A DNA stretch of 64,000 nt. Origin: Eledone cirrhosa. Lineage: Eukaryota. Shown in pieces: positions 27,009-40,803 of this stretch. Position 1 is the stretch's first letter, and each line of letters opens with the position of its first letter. Made by a program: the position numbers and the translations under genes. The stretch covers positions 334,924,001 to 334,988,000 of the forward strand of contig OZ024742.1 in NCBI GenBank assembly GCA_964016885.1, written 5' to 3'. The notes under the pieces are model-generated. The model was not told the DNA's origin. It worked only from the letters and a program-made list of their open reading frames with translations, and searched no databases.

Positions 27009-28924
27009 TCACTCACCCTTCGCCTCCTGGGGACCAGGCCACACGATTTCCATGGGGGTGTTGGAGGGGTTGTCTGGATGGGTGGTGGTTTCCGGCGGGG
27101 TGGGGTCGCAGATGTTTGGTGGGGTTGGGTCTGGTGGAATGGGGGTGTCTGGGGTGGGGAGGCATTTGAGAAGGACGCGGTTGAGTGGTTTCACGCAGGA
27201 ATTCCCCACATCCTTCTTAAATGTTTCTTTTAGGGACCTATATGTTTGTATAGGGACCCTAATCAGCTTTAGGTCAGTTTTTTGCTATTTTTAATAGAGT
27301 GGGCGAAAGTTTTCCCTTCGGTTTTCACAGAAGGGTCGTTCGTGATGGTCTCCATTAGTGTTTTGTTTTCAGTGTTTATGTAAGTGTAAGTGTAATTTTC
27401 TTGTGTTGTGTTTGTTTTTGCCTGTAGTTCTTGTGTGTGCTTTCGTTTTGTTGTAGGTATTTTGTTTTCAGGAGGTGGGAGTTTGGTTTGTGATGTTTTT
27501 GTTGTTTGTGTTGGTGGTTGTATGTTTGTGGTAGTGTTTGCTGGTTTTTTGCTTTTGTGATGTCTTTTCTTTCTTTTCGAGCGATGGGGTTCTCCCTCGT
27601 CTTCACTGGGTGATGGCGAGATAGCCTCATCTGCTGTATCGTCTGTGTGATTGGGGAGGGGTATGTCTTGGGGAGCTGTTGTGTCTGTATGTGATTTTGC
27701 AGAGGTTTTAGGTGGAGTGGGGTTGGGTGGAACTGTGTTTGTTGTGGGTATTTTTGTGTGTTGGTGTTGTTGTTGTTGTGGTGGTGTTGGTGGTTGTGTT
27801 GTTTTGATGGGTGTCGACAGAAGAGCCTTTTTTTGGTTCATTAATTTAGGACAGGAAGCCCTCGGGTGACCCCTGCTAAATCAATGGTAACATGAAGGCC
27901 GCCTACAATCAACCGAAAAGTTTATGTAGGTGAGTCCGTCCAGGAGTACACGCTTTGGGATCATAGCTATTCGCTCTGGGCTCATTTGCACCAGAACTTC
28001 AATGCTAGTCCCATTGAATACATCTCTGGGGGACTTTCCTACTGACAGTATTCTATCTTCATCAAAATTGATGAAGCCGCACAGTATCCACCATATGTTC
28101 ACCTTTGGTGTGACACTCGTGATTCTGATCTTTTGTGTCCTTTTTCCCATGTATGTAGGGAAAAAGGTGTACAGGTTGGATACAATTGGCGACACAGAGT
28201 AATTTTGGGCCGTCAATTGATCATTCATGAGTACCGAAATACTCCCAAAAAGTTTGCTTCTTTGAATGAATGCAATATCATTCATTGAATTTTTGAAAAC
28301 CAGTTCAATTTCTTTCTGTGACAATTGGACTGGTTTTCGGGTAGAATTGGAAACTGTCCTAAAAACTATCGTTTTGAGAGCAGTTTCCTTGCGAATTTCT
28401 ACCGGAGAATTGATGCTGAAAGCACCATTTTTTTCGAAAGTGACATATCTCTTAGCGACCTTTAAAAGTTGTTCAGCATTTGTTATGTCGAGATATATCA
28501 ATTCTTCCTTCTTTTGAACTTTCTCTGCAAAGGAGATTTTTAGTTTCTTTGTGGAATCTGTATTGGTGCTGTTGTCATTATTGTTGTTATTGTTGTTGTT
28601 ATTCTTGTTGTCATCGATGTTGATAGTATTCGTCTTTTCCTTGGTGTTGTTGTTGTCTTTGATGCTGGTGTTATTGGTGTTGTCTTTATTTTTTTCTTTG
28701 TTGTTGTTATCATTGTTGCTTTTATCATCATTATTAGTATTGCTGTTATTTTTGTTGTCATTGAACTGTTTGGTGTCATTTGTGTTGTTTGGATATGAAT
28801 TCGTTTTTACATTTTCATTTTGTCTTTCCATCTCTATAGTATCTAGTGAAGAAGACGTTGTTGACTGCGAGCTTTGTAGTCTTACCTCCTCTCCACCACC
28901 ATTATCGTTGGACGCAGCGTTCAT
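27009..28924 (-). pseudogene. ORF1 (gag-like, CCHC knuckle) of copy B
   Basis: The 347-aa ORF continues in frame past a TGA (CYH*FSRGHPRASC) into 27269-27841, then frameshifts into 27009-27209. Homologous to copy A 21217-22390. Confidence 0.85.
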
Positions 28925-29143
28925 AACGTAATCAAAATTTTACAATATTTTTTCTAAGATTCGATGGATAAAAATTTTTTCAAATGAATATTCCGCCCCT
29001 GTAGGGGCGAAAATGAGTTGACCCACCACCTGAAGGTTCAGACGGGGGGTCAAGTTACACAATGATATAAAATTTAACTAAAAACTCACGTTTTTTTCTT
29101 ACATAAATTAACGGAAACTTCTCCGCGAAGTTACACACGTCTA

Positions 29144-29202
<59 letters not shown>

Positions 29203-29709
29203 TCCAATCAAAATATACACGATGTCATCTCTACAAGTTGTTTATTCAATGAACATCTGTAAACTAGACAACAACAACAACACCTACAACAATAACAACA
29301 ACAACAACTACTACAACAACAACAATTAACAAACCAGCGAAATTACTGTCTGTACGATGTCTCGACACTAAGAAATTCGGATCCATCCTGTCCACACCAA
29401 CAGGCTGTGCTGAATATGGTCGAAAAATACGATGTATTTATTTTCCATTACAGAAGACAGGGTTTTTCAGTCTGCAGGAATTATCGTCCTAGGTTTAGTG
29501 CTAGCAGCATCAGGAATTTAGTGCCTGTTTACAAAGTTCAACCATTTATTAGACGAGATGACGTGTTTACTTAAGCGGAAATTGAACACGGGGGGGGGGG
29601 GGGTCAACTTATTTATTCTTGTCATCGCTTCGTTTTGCTTTCCTGACCGATTTATAACTTTCTGTCTGGCTTTCTTTCTGTTATGTCTTTCACTCTTACA
29701 AACACACAT

Positions 29710-29784
<75 letters not shown>

Positions 29785-30604
29785 TTCACAAATACACGGA
29801 CACACATACATACGCACACACAAACACATATAAACACACACACACTCACACACTCATGCACAAACGCATGCACACATGCACACTCGGACGCACACACACA
29901 CACACACTCACACACTCATGCACAAACCCAAGCACACGTGCACATTCGCACATACACATACACACTCACTCACACATTCACACACACATACACGCATAAA
30001 CACCGACACACACAGGCACACACAAACACACACATACACACACACGCATACGCACACTCACAAACACACACACACATACAATCACAAACTCGCACGCACA
30101 CACAACCACAAACACGCACTCACAAAACGAAACACACACAGACACACACAAGCATACACACACACACACACTCACAAATCCATACACGCGGCACAAACAT
30201 ACAAACAAGCACAAACAAACACAAACACACACGCCATTTTGTATATCTCCCTCTCTCTCACACCTACCCTCTCCTAATATAATTGCCATCTGTCTATCTG
30301 TTGAAACCCTTGTTAGTTATCTATCCATCGATCTGGTCATCACCCATCTTTCTCCGTTCGTCCAATACGTTCTCTCTTTATACAGCATATGAGAGGGTGA
30401 GCGACAGAGAGAGAGAGAGAAGGAAAGAGAGAGTGTGTGTGTGTGTGAGTGTGTTTGATAGATTGATAAATAGAAGTACACACACATACACATGCATACC
30501 TATACGTATATGTGAATCTATACTTACATATTTATATGTATATATATATATATGTGTGTGTGTGTCTGTCTGTCTTTCTGAATTTGCGTACGTGTGCGTG
30601 TATG

Positions 30605-30658
<54 letters not shown>

Positions 30659-30680
30659 TTTATATATATATGTATATATG

Positions 30681-30729
<49 letters not shown>

Positions 30730-30736
30730 GTACATG

Positions 30737-30775
<39 letters not shown>

Positions 30776-31271
30776 GTACATACATATATATTTATATGCG
30801 TATGCATGTGTAAATAAATGTGTGCATATGTATATATGTATTTATTTGTATATATATATATATATATTTATATCTTATATATATGTATATATATATATGT
30901 GTGTGTGTATGTGTGAATATACGTATGTATTTGCATATGTACGTACACACCAACACAACCACATACAACCACATACAACCATACACAAATACAAACAGAA
31001 AGTGAGGGGCGATGTTTGACGTATAAATTGCTGTCTCTGTGGAAGAGATATTCTCGGGATAAGAAGCATGAGAAAGCTCTATAGTATATAGAGGTGGGTG
31101 GTATGAAATTGTCAAGTATGCACTAGTAAAACAAAACACTCCTCTGATTTATTATAGAAAGCTAGATTTCCTGTTGACTTTATAATAGTACGTAGTATGC
31201 TCTTGTATACACGGTGGGACTTGAGAAATACACGGCAGACATTTTGTGATTGTTGACACTTAGACACACGG

Positions 31272-31338
<67 letters not shown>

Positions 31339-31389
31339 ATGTATATATATATATATACATATATATATATGTGTGTGTGTGTGTGTGTA

Positions 31390-31445
<56 letters not shown>

Positions 31446-31487
31446 TACGTGTATATATATATATATAAATATATATATGTATATATG

Positions 31488-31518
<31 letters not shown>

Positions 31519-31525
31519 GTGTGTA

Positions 31526-31595
<70 letters not shown>

Positions 31596-31613
31596 CATAT
31601 GTATATATGTGTA

Positions 31614-31653
<40 letters not shown>

Positions 31654-31917
31654 AGTATGTAGTATGTATTCACGTCAGGGTTGATATATATTTGCGTGTG
31701 TGTATGTATATATCCAAGTCAGGACTCAGTAGTCATCGAAGAGTCCAAAGCAGAAAAGAACTAACGTCTGGTACAGGCTAATAACTGCGACAAGAAAGTG
31801 GTTTTGCGCGCCTTCGAGTCGGCGGCCACTATGTAAGTGTATGTGTGAGAATGAATGCATCTATCTGTGCGTGTATTACCCTCAAACACGTGTGTGAGTA
31901 TACACAAACACACACAC

Positions 31918-31955
<38 letters not shown>

Positions 31956-31956
<1 letters not shown>

Positions 31957-32310
31957 CGATATATTAACAAATGGAAACTATATTTATAAAACCATATTTA
32001 TTTCATTATACATATTTCAAGGACACCAAGACACTATCCACGAGCTTCCAACAGAAATGGTCGCATTCTTTAAGGGTATGTCAATATTTATTTATAAAAC
32101 TGATCTATATTATATTTTATTTGATGAAAGAGCACCATAATTTGACTTGGTTGCCCTTGAAATATGTATAATGAAATAAATATGGTTTTATAAATATAGT
32201 TTCCATTTGTTAATATATCGTATTTTTACTCCAATAATTTGTTGAGTGCTTTATATCAGTTATAAAAATATTTGCTTGTTGTATCCCAACAAATTAAATA
32301 TAACTTCTAC
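31956..32310. mobile_element. Family C PLE pseudo-LTR fold-back in (TA)n
   Basis: Arms ACGATATATTAACAAATGGAAAC...TTTCAAGG and their reverse complement at 32150-32222; shared with 45562-45937, 46157-46300 and 49309-49611. Confidence 0.88.
32113..32178 (+). ncRNA. Type I hammerhead ribozyme, family C, C3U core variant
   Basis: tattttat-TTGATGA-aag...ctt-GAAA-tatgta-TA-atgaaata. Confidence 0.65.
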
Positions 32311-32451
32311 ATATATATATTTATATATATATATATATTTCTGGCAATATTATAACAACATGACCCTCCCCAAATATAACAATATATATATATATATATA
32401 TATATATTGTTATATATATATTGTTATATTTGGGGAGGGTTATTTTGTTAT

Positions 32452-32632
32452 AATTGTTTCTACTTTTTGGCACAAGGCCAGAAAATACCCAGTACATTAC
32501 TGGTACTTTATTTTATCGACCCCGTAAGGATGAAAGGCAAAGTTAACCTCGACGGAATTTGATCTCAGACCATAATGGGACGTAACTATGCTAGAAAGCA
32601 TGGCGTCCGACCTCTACCGATACTGCCAATCC
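32452..32632 (-). mobile_element. Deu/Nin-like SINE
   Basis: Reverse complement of the family core; TSD-like TTTGTTATAAT on both sides. Confidence 0.85.
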
Positions 32633-33131
32633 ATTTGTTATAATATTACCAGAAATATATAGTAAAACACACTCACTGTTTGGTTTGGGTTAATAACATT
32701 GATAAACATTGATTGTCAGCTGAATTAATTATAGAAATATAAAATATACTGAATAGAAAACCAACCTTCTAGAGTCGATGAATAAAGTACCAGTTAACTA
32801 CTGGCGTTGGTTTGCTTTTTCTTTATCTCTCTCTCTCCCTCTGTCTTCCATTCTCCCACTCTTTCTCTCTCTGTCTCCAACTCTCCCTCTCAAAAAACAT
32901 GTACTGTGGTCACACTTCGGGAAGGATGGGTGCTGTTAAGTGTACAAGGCCCAAGATATGCCGTACGAGGCGACCTTACGTAAGATACGAAATTTTTAGC
33001 ACCCTCCCCCAAAAAAGGGTTGACTTTTATACGAGTATACGCAGTATGTCTTTATACTCTCACTAGAAATAGCCACTAATATATTTGTTTCATTTATTAT
33101 CTATAAATGGCTCGCACTGAAAATATTTTTA

Positions 33132-33352
33132 AGGGCGGGGGATTGGCAATATCGTTAAAGGGTCGGACATCATTCTTTGCCGTATAGAGTTACGGCTCTT
33201 TATGATCTGAGTTCAAATCCCTCCGAAGTTAACTTTGAGTTTCATCCTTACGGCGTCGATAAAATAAAGTACCAGTCACGCACTGGGGTCGATTTAATCG
33301 ACTTTCCCCTCCCCCAAAATTGCTGGCCTTGTGCCTATATAAGAAACCATTA
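33132..33352 (+). mobile_element. Deu/Nin-like SINE, full length
   Basis: GGGCGGGGATTGGCAATATCG head, GAGTTCAAATCC B box, core, ATTATT tail. Confidence 0.85.
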
Positions 33353-33679
33353 TTTTTATAAAATCCTTTCGTATCTTTTACAATAACCTCAGCTAGGTTA
33401 TGGCTGTCAGCTAAATATGTTATCTCCCAAACGCCATCCCGTCGGTTCTGAATTGGGAGAATATCTTAGATATTTAACTATTGGATATATGACATAAAAC
33501 ATGAGATGGTCATGGTTGGAATGTTCGGATAAAAAAGCTTCTTCGTGCCAACTAATACATGTTGGCATCAATGTTGTTGCTGTTGTTGTTACTGTTGTAA
33601 ATGTTACTATTTGTTTGTTTGCTCTTTTTGTTGAGTTTTTTTTTCTTATTACGGCTGTTGTTGTTGCTGTTGTTGTTAT

Positions 33680-34430
33680 TGTTATTATAGTTTTGTTTAT
33701 TAATATTGTTGTTGTTGTTGTTAGTTTTGTTTATTAATATTGTTTTGTTGTTAGTTTTGTTTACTAATATTGTTGCTGTTGTTATTACAGTTTTGTTTAC
33801 TAATATTGTTTTGTTGTTGTTGTTAGTTTTGTTTACTAACATTGTTGTCTTGTTGTTATTACAGTTTTGTTTACTAATATGTTTTTTGTTGTTGTTGTTG
33901 TTGTTAGTTTTGTTTACTAATATTGTTGTGTTTTGTTGTTGTTAGGTTTGTTTACTAATATTGTTGCTGTTGTTGTTATTACAGTTTTGTTTATTAATAT
34001 GGTTGTTGTTGTTGTTGTTAGTTTTGTTTACTAATATTGTTGTGTTGTTGTTAGTTTTGTTTACTAATATTGTTGCTGCTGTTGTTATTACAGTTTTGTT
34101 TACTAATATTGCTGTGTTATTGTTAGGGTTGTTTGCTAATATTGTTGCTGTTGTTGTTATTACAGTTTTGTTCACTAATATGGTTGTTGTTGTTGTTAGG
34201 TTTGTTTACTAATATTGTTGCTGTTGTTGTTATTACAGTTTTGTTCACTAATATGGTTGTTATTACAGTTTTGTTCACTAATATGGTTGTTGTTGTTGTT
34301 AGTTTTGTTTACTAATATTGTTGCTGTTGTTGTTATTACAGTTTTGTTTACTAATATGGTTGTTGTTAGTTTTGTTTACTAATATTGTTGCTGTTGTTGT
34401 TATTACAGTTTTGTTTACTAATATTGTTGT
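33680..34430 (+). repeat. Degenerate minisatellite built on GTTTTGTTTACTAATATTGTTG
   Basis: The motif recurs every ~30-40 bp within (GTT)n. Confidence 0.85.
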
Positions 34431-34757
34431 TGTTGTTGTTATTAATGTTATTCGTGTTGCTGCTGTTGTTGTTGTTGTTGTTGCTATTACAGCTTTTGTT
34501 GTGTGTTGTTGCTGTTGCTGTTGTTGTTGTTTATGTTATTGTTGTTGCTGTTTGTGTTGTTGGTGTTGTTTGGGTGCTGTTAGTGCTGTTGCTGTTGTTG
34601 GTGTTATTACAGATTTTGTTTTCTAATATTGTTGTTGTTGTTGTTGTTATTCTTGATGTTATTTTTGTTACTGTTCTTGGTGGTGTTATTACAGTTTTTG
34701 TTGTGTGTTGTTGCTGTTGTTGTTTTTTATGTTATTGTTGTTGCTGTTTTGGGTGTT

Positions 34758-34970
34758 ATTGGCAGTATCGGTAGCGGGTCTGACGCCATGCTTTGCAGCA
34801 TAGAGTTACGCCCCTTTATGATGCGAGTTCAAATCCCACCGAGGTTAACTTTGCCTTTCATCCTTACGGGGTCGAAAAATTAAAGTACCAGTCACGCACT
34901 GGGGTCGATTTAATCGACTTTCCCCTCTCACAAAATTACTGGCCTTATTCCTATATAAGAAACCATTATT
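34758..34970 (+). mobile_element. Deu/Nin-like SINE
   Basis: ATTGGCAGTATCGGTAG...GAGTTCAAATCCCACCGAGGTTAACTTTGCCTTTCATCC. Confidence 0.85.
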
Positions 34971-35161
34971 GTGCCGCTTCTGTTACTGCTGAGGTTGCTG
35001 TAGTTGCTAATGTTCTTATTCTAACAGCATGTGTACCCATAGTATAATTCTCAGGGAGATTCAGTGTGACAAAGCGTGTGGCTATTTGACTTACAATCCA
35101 GGAACAATCCATCCAATATTCACATACATGAGTGTGTGTCAAAGAAATATATAGATGTACT

Positions 35162-35234
35162 GGCCGCGTGGCCTAATGGATAAGACACCTGAATTCGAAT
35201 CAGAAGATTGCGAGTTCGAATCTCGTCGTGGTCG
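35162..35234 (+). tRNA. tRNA-Arg(TCG), variant or pseudogene
   Basis: 73 nt closely resembling metazoan tRNA-Arg(TCG): acceptor GGCCGCG/CGTGGTC plus G, T-arm GCGAG-TTCGAAT-CTCGT, anticodon TCG, TTTT shortly downstream. It has a D-stem mismatch, a C27-A43 mismatch and A32. Confidence 0.75.
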
Positions 35235-35429
35235 CAGCAACATTTTAAGGGGTGGTGCCCCAGCTCGGCCTCAGCCGGATGACTGGAGCAGGTAAAAGAG
35301 TAAAAGAATAAGACATACACAAGGTCTGAAAACAAAACAACCAAACTCCCACTGTCACTGCCTCCGCCTTTCTACTCTCCAGTTTCCGTTAGTGATGGTG
35401 AGCCGTTTCTGTTGATGACAGTGTTGTAG

Positions 35430-38060
35430 TTGATGTTGTTACTGTTGTTCTTGTTTCCGTTAATGTTGTTAGGCCATTACTGTTGTTACTGTTGTTCTTG
35501 TTTCCGTTAGTGTTGTTAGGCTATTGCTGTTGTTACTGTTGTTCTTGTTTCCGTTAGTGTTGTTAGGCTATTAATGTTGTTACTGTTGTTCTTGTTTCCG
35601 TTAGTGTTGTTAGGCTATTGCTGTTGTTACTGTTGTTCTTGTTTCCGGTAGTGTTGTTAGGCTATTAATGTTGTTACTGTTGTTCTTGTTTCCGTTAGTG
35701 TTGTTAGGCTATTGATGTTGTTACTTCTGTTCTTGTCACCGTTAGTGTTGTTAGGCTATTGCTGTTGTTACTGTTGTTCTTGTTTCCGTTAGTGTTGTTA
35801 GGCTATTGCTGTTGTTACTGTTGTTCTTCTTTCCGTTAGTGTTGTTAGGTTATTGCTGTTGTTACTGTTGTTCTTGTTTCCGGTAGTGTTGTTAGGCTAT
35901 TGCTGTTGTTACTGTTGTTCTTGTTTCCGTTAGTGGTGTTAGGCTATTGCTGTTGTTACTGTTGTTCTTGTTTCCGTTAGTGTTGTTAGGCTATTGCTGT
36001 TGTTACTGTTGTTCTTGTTTCCGTTAGTGTTGTTAGGTTATTGCTGTTGTTACTGTTGTTCTTGTTTCCGGTAGTGTTGTTAGGCTATTGCTGTTGTTAC
36101 TGTTGTTCTTGTTTCCGTTAGTGTTGTTAGGTTATTGCTGTTGTTACTGTTGTTCTTGTTTCCGGTAGTGTTGTTAGGCTATTGCTGTTGTTACTGTTGT
36201 TCTTGTTTCCGTTATTGTTGTTAGGCTATTGCTGTTGTTACTGTTGTTCTTGTTTCCGGTAGTGTTGTTAGGCTATTGCTGTTGTTACTGTTGTTCTTGT
36301 TTCCGGTAGTGTTGTTAGGCTATTGCTGTTGTTACTGCTGTTCTTGTTTCCGGTAGTGTTGTTAGGCTATTGCTGTTGTTACTGTTGTTCTCGTTTCCGT
36401 TAGTGTTGTTAGGCTATTGCTGTTGTTACTGCTGTTCTTGTTTCCGGTAGTGTTGTTAGGCTATTGCTGTTGTTACTGTTGTTCTTGTTTCCGTTAGTGT
36501 TGTTAGGCTATTGCTGTTGTTAGTGTTGTTCTTGTTTCCGGTAGTGTTGTTAGGCTATTGCTGTTGTTACTGTTGTTCTTGTTTCTGTTAGTGTTGTTAG
36601 GGTATTGCTGTTGTTACTGCTGTTCTTGTTTCCGGTAGTGTTGTTAGGCTCTTGCTGTTGTTACTGTTGTTCTTGTTTCCGGTAGTGTTGTTAGGCTATT
36701 GCTGTTGTTATTGTTGTTCTTGTTTCCGGTAGTATTGTTAGGCTATTGCTGTTGTTACTGTTGTTCTTGTTTCCGGTAGTATTGTTAGGCTATTGCTGTT
36801 GTTAGTGTTGTTCTTGTTTCCGTCAGTGTTGTTAGGCTATTGCTGTTGTTAGTGTTGTTCTTGTTTCCGTTATTGTTGTTAGACTATTGATGTTGTTAGT
36901 GTTGTTATTGTTTCCGTTAGTGTTATTAGGCTATTAATGTTGTTACTGTTGTTCTTGTTTCCGTTAGTGTTGTTAGGCTATTAATGTTGTTATTGTTGTT
37001 CTTGTTTCCGTTAGTGTTGTTAGGCTATTGCTGTTGTTACTGTTGTTCTTGTTTCCGGTAGTGTTGTTAGGCTATTGCTGTTGTTACTGTTGTTCTTGTT
37101 TCCGTTAGTGTTGTTAGGCTATTGCTGCTGTTAGTGTTGTTCTTGTTTCCGTTAGTGTTGTTAGGCTATTGCTGTTGTTACTGTTGTTCTTGTTTCCGGT
37201 AGTGTTGTTAGGCTATTGCTGTTGTTACTGTTGTTCTTGTTTCCGGTAGTGTTGTTAGGCTATTGCTGTTGTTATAGTTGTTCTTGTTTCCGGTAGTGTT
37301 GTTAGGCTATTGCTGTTGTTACTGTTGTTCTTGTTTCCGGTAGTGTTGTTAGGCTATTGCTGTTGTTACTGTTGTTCTTGTTTCGGGTAGTGTTGTTAGG
37401 CTATTGTTGTTGTTACTGTTGTTCTTGTTTCCGTTAGTGTTGTTAGGCTATTGCTGTTGTTACTGTTGTTCTTGTTTCCGGTAATGTTGTTACGCTATTG
37501 CTGTTGTTACTGTTGTTCTTGCTTCCGTTAGTGTTGTTAGGCTATTGCTGTTGTTACTGTTGTTTTTGTTTCCGGTAGTGTTGTTAGGCTATTGCTGTTG
37601 TTACTGTTGTTCTTGTTTCCGGTAGTGTTGTTAGGCTATTGCTGTTGTTACTGCTGTTCTTGTTTCCGGTAGTGTTGTTAGGCTATTGCTGTTGTTACTG
37701 TTGTTCTTGTTTCCGGTAGTGTTGTTAGGCTATTGCTGTTGTTACTGTTGTTCTTGCGTCCGTTAGTGTTGTTAGGCTATTGCTGTTGTTACTGTTGTTC
37801 TTGTTTCCGGTAGTGTTGTTAGGCTATTAATGTTGTTACTGTCGTTCTTGTTTCCGTTAATGTTGTTAGGCTATTGTTGTTGTTACTGTTGTTCTTGTTT
37901 CCGGTAGTGTTGTTAGACTATTGCTGCTGTTACTGTTGTTCTTGTTTCCGTTAGTGTTGTTAGGCTATTGCTGTTGTTAGTGTTGTTCTTGTTTCCGACA
38001 GTGTTGTTAGGCTATTGCTGTTGTTACTGTTGTTCTTGTTTCCGACAGTGTTGTTCAGCC
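35430..38060 (+). repeat. 47-bp minisatellite, ~55 copies
   Basis: Unit GCTATTGCTGTTGTTACTGTTGTTCTTGTTTCCG(G/T)TAGTGTTGTTAG; AGG markers 47 bp apart (35471 and 35518). Confidence 0.97.
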
Positions 38061-39077
38061 ATTGATGTTGTTTGTATTTTTGGTATGTTGTTGTATTCCT
38101 ATATTTATGTTGTTTTATTTCCAAACGTTATTACTATTCGTAAGTGCAGCCGTTAATAAAATATTCTACAAAATAAAAAAATATTATCCCCATTTTCTCA
38201 CAGTGAACATCTTAACCACACGTAAACAACTTGATCTAATTTACTGACAGTCTATGTAGCTATTGGATTGGTGATGTGATCAGGTCACGTAGCATACAAT
38301 GTGATGTATTCACTGGTAGGTAAATCAATTTACCCTCGAGACTATTTTTGTCTCTTCTTGTTTCTACATGTTGTTTGCTGTTATTTTTGTTATTAAATTG
38401 ATGCTGTTGTTATTATGGTTGTTGCTTGTTTATTTTTTGGGGGGAGGTGGTGGTGGTGGTGGGTCTTTTTTTTTTTTGGGGGGGGGGGGGGTCACTGGTC
38501 TCATTGCGGTTGTTATTGCTTGCTGTTACTGTTGAAACAGCTGTCGCTGGCGTTGTTATTGTTGTTACTGTCAATGCTATTGTTGTTACTGTTGTTTCGC
38601 TGTTGCTAATGATGTTGTCATTGTTGTTATTGCTGTAAGTGCAGTTGTCTCTGATGTTGTTGCTGTAAATGCAGTTGTCTCTGCTGTTGTTACTGTAAGT
38701 GCAGTTATCCCTGCTGTTGTTGCTAATGCTGTTGTCACTGTTGTTATTGCTGCTGTTGCTGTAAGTGCAGTTGTCTCTGCTATTGCTGCTGTTGTTGATG
38801 TATCTGCAGTTGTTTCTGCTGTTGCTGCAGTTGTGGTCACTGTCATTATTGCTATTGCTGTCACTGATGTTGTTGCCCTGCTGTTGTTGTCACAGTTACT
38901 GTTACAGTAGTTGCAGTTGTTTGCTGTAAATGCCGTTACTGCTACTGTTGCTGTTGCTTTTATTACTATGCTCTTATTGACACTGTTTTTATTGCTATTG
39001 TCGCAGCTAAACCCCAAACGGCGACTAACATGAAAAAAAGGGCCCCAAAATGGGGGAAAAAATGGGGAGATTTTACA

Positions 39078-39266
39078 TAATTGTTTCTACTTTAGGCACA
39101 AAGCCAGCAAATACTCAGTGCATTACTGGTACTTTATTTTATCGACCCCGTAAGGATGAAAGGCAAAGTCAACCTCGGCGGGATTTGAACTCAGATCGTA
39201 AAGGGACGTAACTATACTGGAAAGCATGGCGTCCGATCCTCTACCGATACTGCCAATCCACCGCCC
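39078..39266 (-). mobile_element. Deu/Nin-like SINE, full length
   Basis: Reverse complement of the family consensus; TSD-like GATTT(T)ACATAAT. Confidence 0.88.
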
Positions 39267-40029
39267 TACTGAAGAAGATTTACATAATGAAAGCTATACC
39301 CATTTTGACAAGAGAAGACATCTCTCACCCATCCCAAAGTGGGTGGGAGATCTCCCAGTCAGACGGGGAGAGTTTACAGGTCTGTTGTTGTTGTTGTTGT
39401 TGTTATTTTAGCCCCGTGCCGGTACTGATATAGCAAAATTCTAATGAAAGGTGTTCCTGCCGTGAACACCGTGTCATGTATCTCCAGATATATGGAATCA
39501 AGAACTACAGCATTTATTCTATGCATCATTTCTATGCTGTGACAGACATATTTGACTTCATAGTGTGAACAAAATTAACAATTTACGGTTAATTTCTTAT
39601 TATTCCTGTTTCATGTGGCGGTGAATTAGCAGTCAGTAGGATGTCTGATTAAACTCCTCAGTATTTGTTCCGGCTGACTGTGTTCTGTGCAAACCCCGCC
39701 GAAACTAACTTTGCTTATCATTTTGGGGGAAACGACAAGTAAATTACTAGTCCAGAAGAGGTAGATTGGCGGAATTGTTATAAAGCACAGAGAGATGTTT
39801 ACAGGCTATGATCTGGCTCAGTATATATATTCTAAGTTAAAACCCGGCCTCCTTCTGTCATGAGTTACGATTGTCAGAAATTATCAGCAATGGAAACACC
39901 AATGGAAACATTATGTCCTTTATTCGATATGACGATCAGCTTCTTTCCTTTCCTTTCCTTTTCTCTGCTTGTGTCGTACTTATTAATGTTATTATCTATT
40001 TTCTCATCACTTTATTTCATTAAATGAAA

Positions 40030-40325
40030 GCGCGTGTCTTAGTGGTTAGATTGTTTAACTTATGATTGTAAAGTCTTGAGTTCGATTCCTGATAGTGTGT
40101 TGTATCTTTGAGCAATACATTATTTTACTTGGCTCCTGTATATTTAGCTCATAAAAGTTAATTGTGTCTGTATTCCGAAGGGCCAGGCTTTTCACAAGAA
40201 TTTGCTCGGAAACTAATTTAAGGGTTCGTGGAATGCTCATTAACTTTCCCGCTAATTTTACGAGCGTGCGTTCCGTTGATTCAATCAACAGGAATACTCA
40301 TGTTTGTTACAAATGGAGGTTGAAC
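40030..40325 (+). mobile_element. Diverged tRNA-derived SINE (second family)
   Basis: GCGCGTGTCTTAGTGGTTAG A box, GAGTTCGATTCC B box, TGTATCTTTGAGCAATACATT. Confidence 0.6.
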
Positions 40326-40409
40326 AACACTAGTTGATGATGATGATGTCACTTGATGGCCTTTCACTGACAATCTCAACATGTTTCTAATTATGTTTAG
40401 CGATAGTGA

Positions 40410-40803
40410 ATTCTAATTTAAGCACAAGGCCAGCAAATTTAAGGGAAGGGTAAAGTTGATTAAATGAATTTGATGTATTTGACTGTTACTATTTTATCGA
40501 CCCCAGAATGATGAAAGTCAGAGTTGACCTCGGTGGGATTTGAACTCAGAATATAAAGAGTCAGAACAAATATGCAATGTCATGTTATCTAATGCTCTAC
40601 CAATTCTGCCAGTCTGCTACCCTTAACGCTTGTCAGAGGGTCGGACGCCATGCTTTGCAGCAAAGAGTTACGGCCCTTTATGGTCTGAGTTCAAATCCCT
40701 ACGAGGTTAACTTTGCCTTTCATCCTTACGGGATCGATACAATAAAGTACCAGTAATACACTGGAATAATTGCCGGCCTTGTGCCAAAAGTATAAACAAT
40801 TAT
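40410..40803. mobile_element. Head-to-head pair of Deu/Nin-like SINEs (old minus copy, younger plus copy)
   Basis: Minus core at 40490-40550 and plus core at 40688-40755. Confidence 0.8.

Noticed and set aside
29453-29521. Possible terminal exon DRVFQSAGIIVLGLVLAASGI*
   Set aside because: The acceptor-like context and short hydrophobic peptide could arise by chance; no homology recognised.
35430-38060. Regular 47-bp repeats as a CRISPR array
   Set aside because: Head-to-tail units without unique spacers, no cas genes, eukaryotic context.
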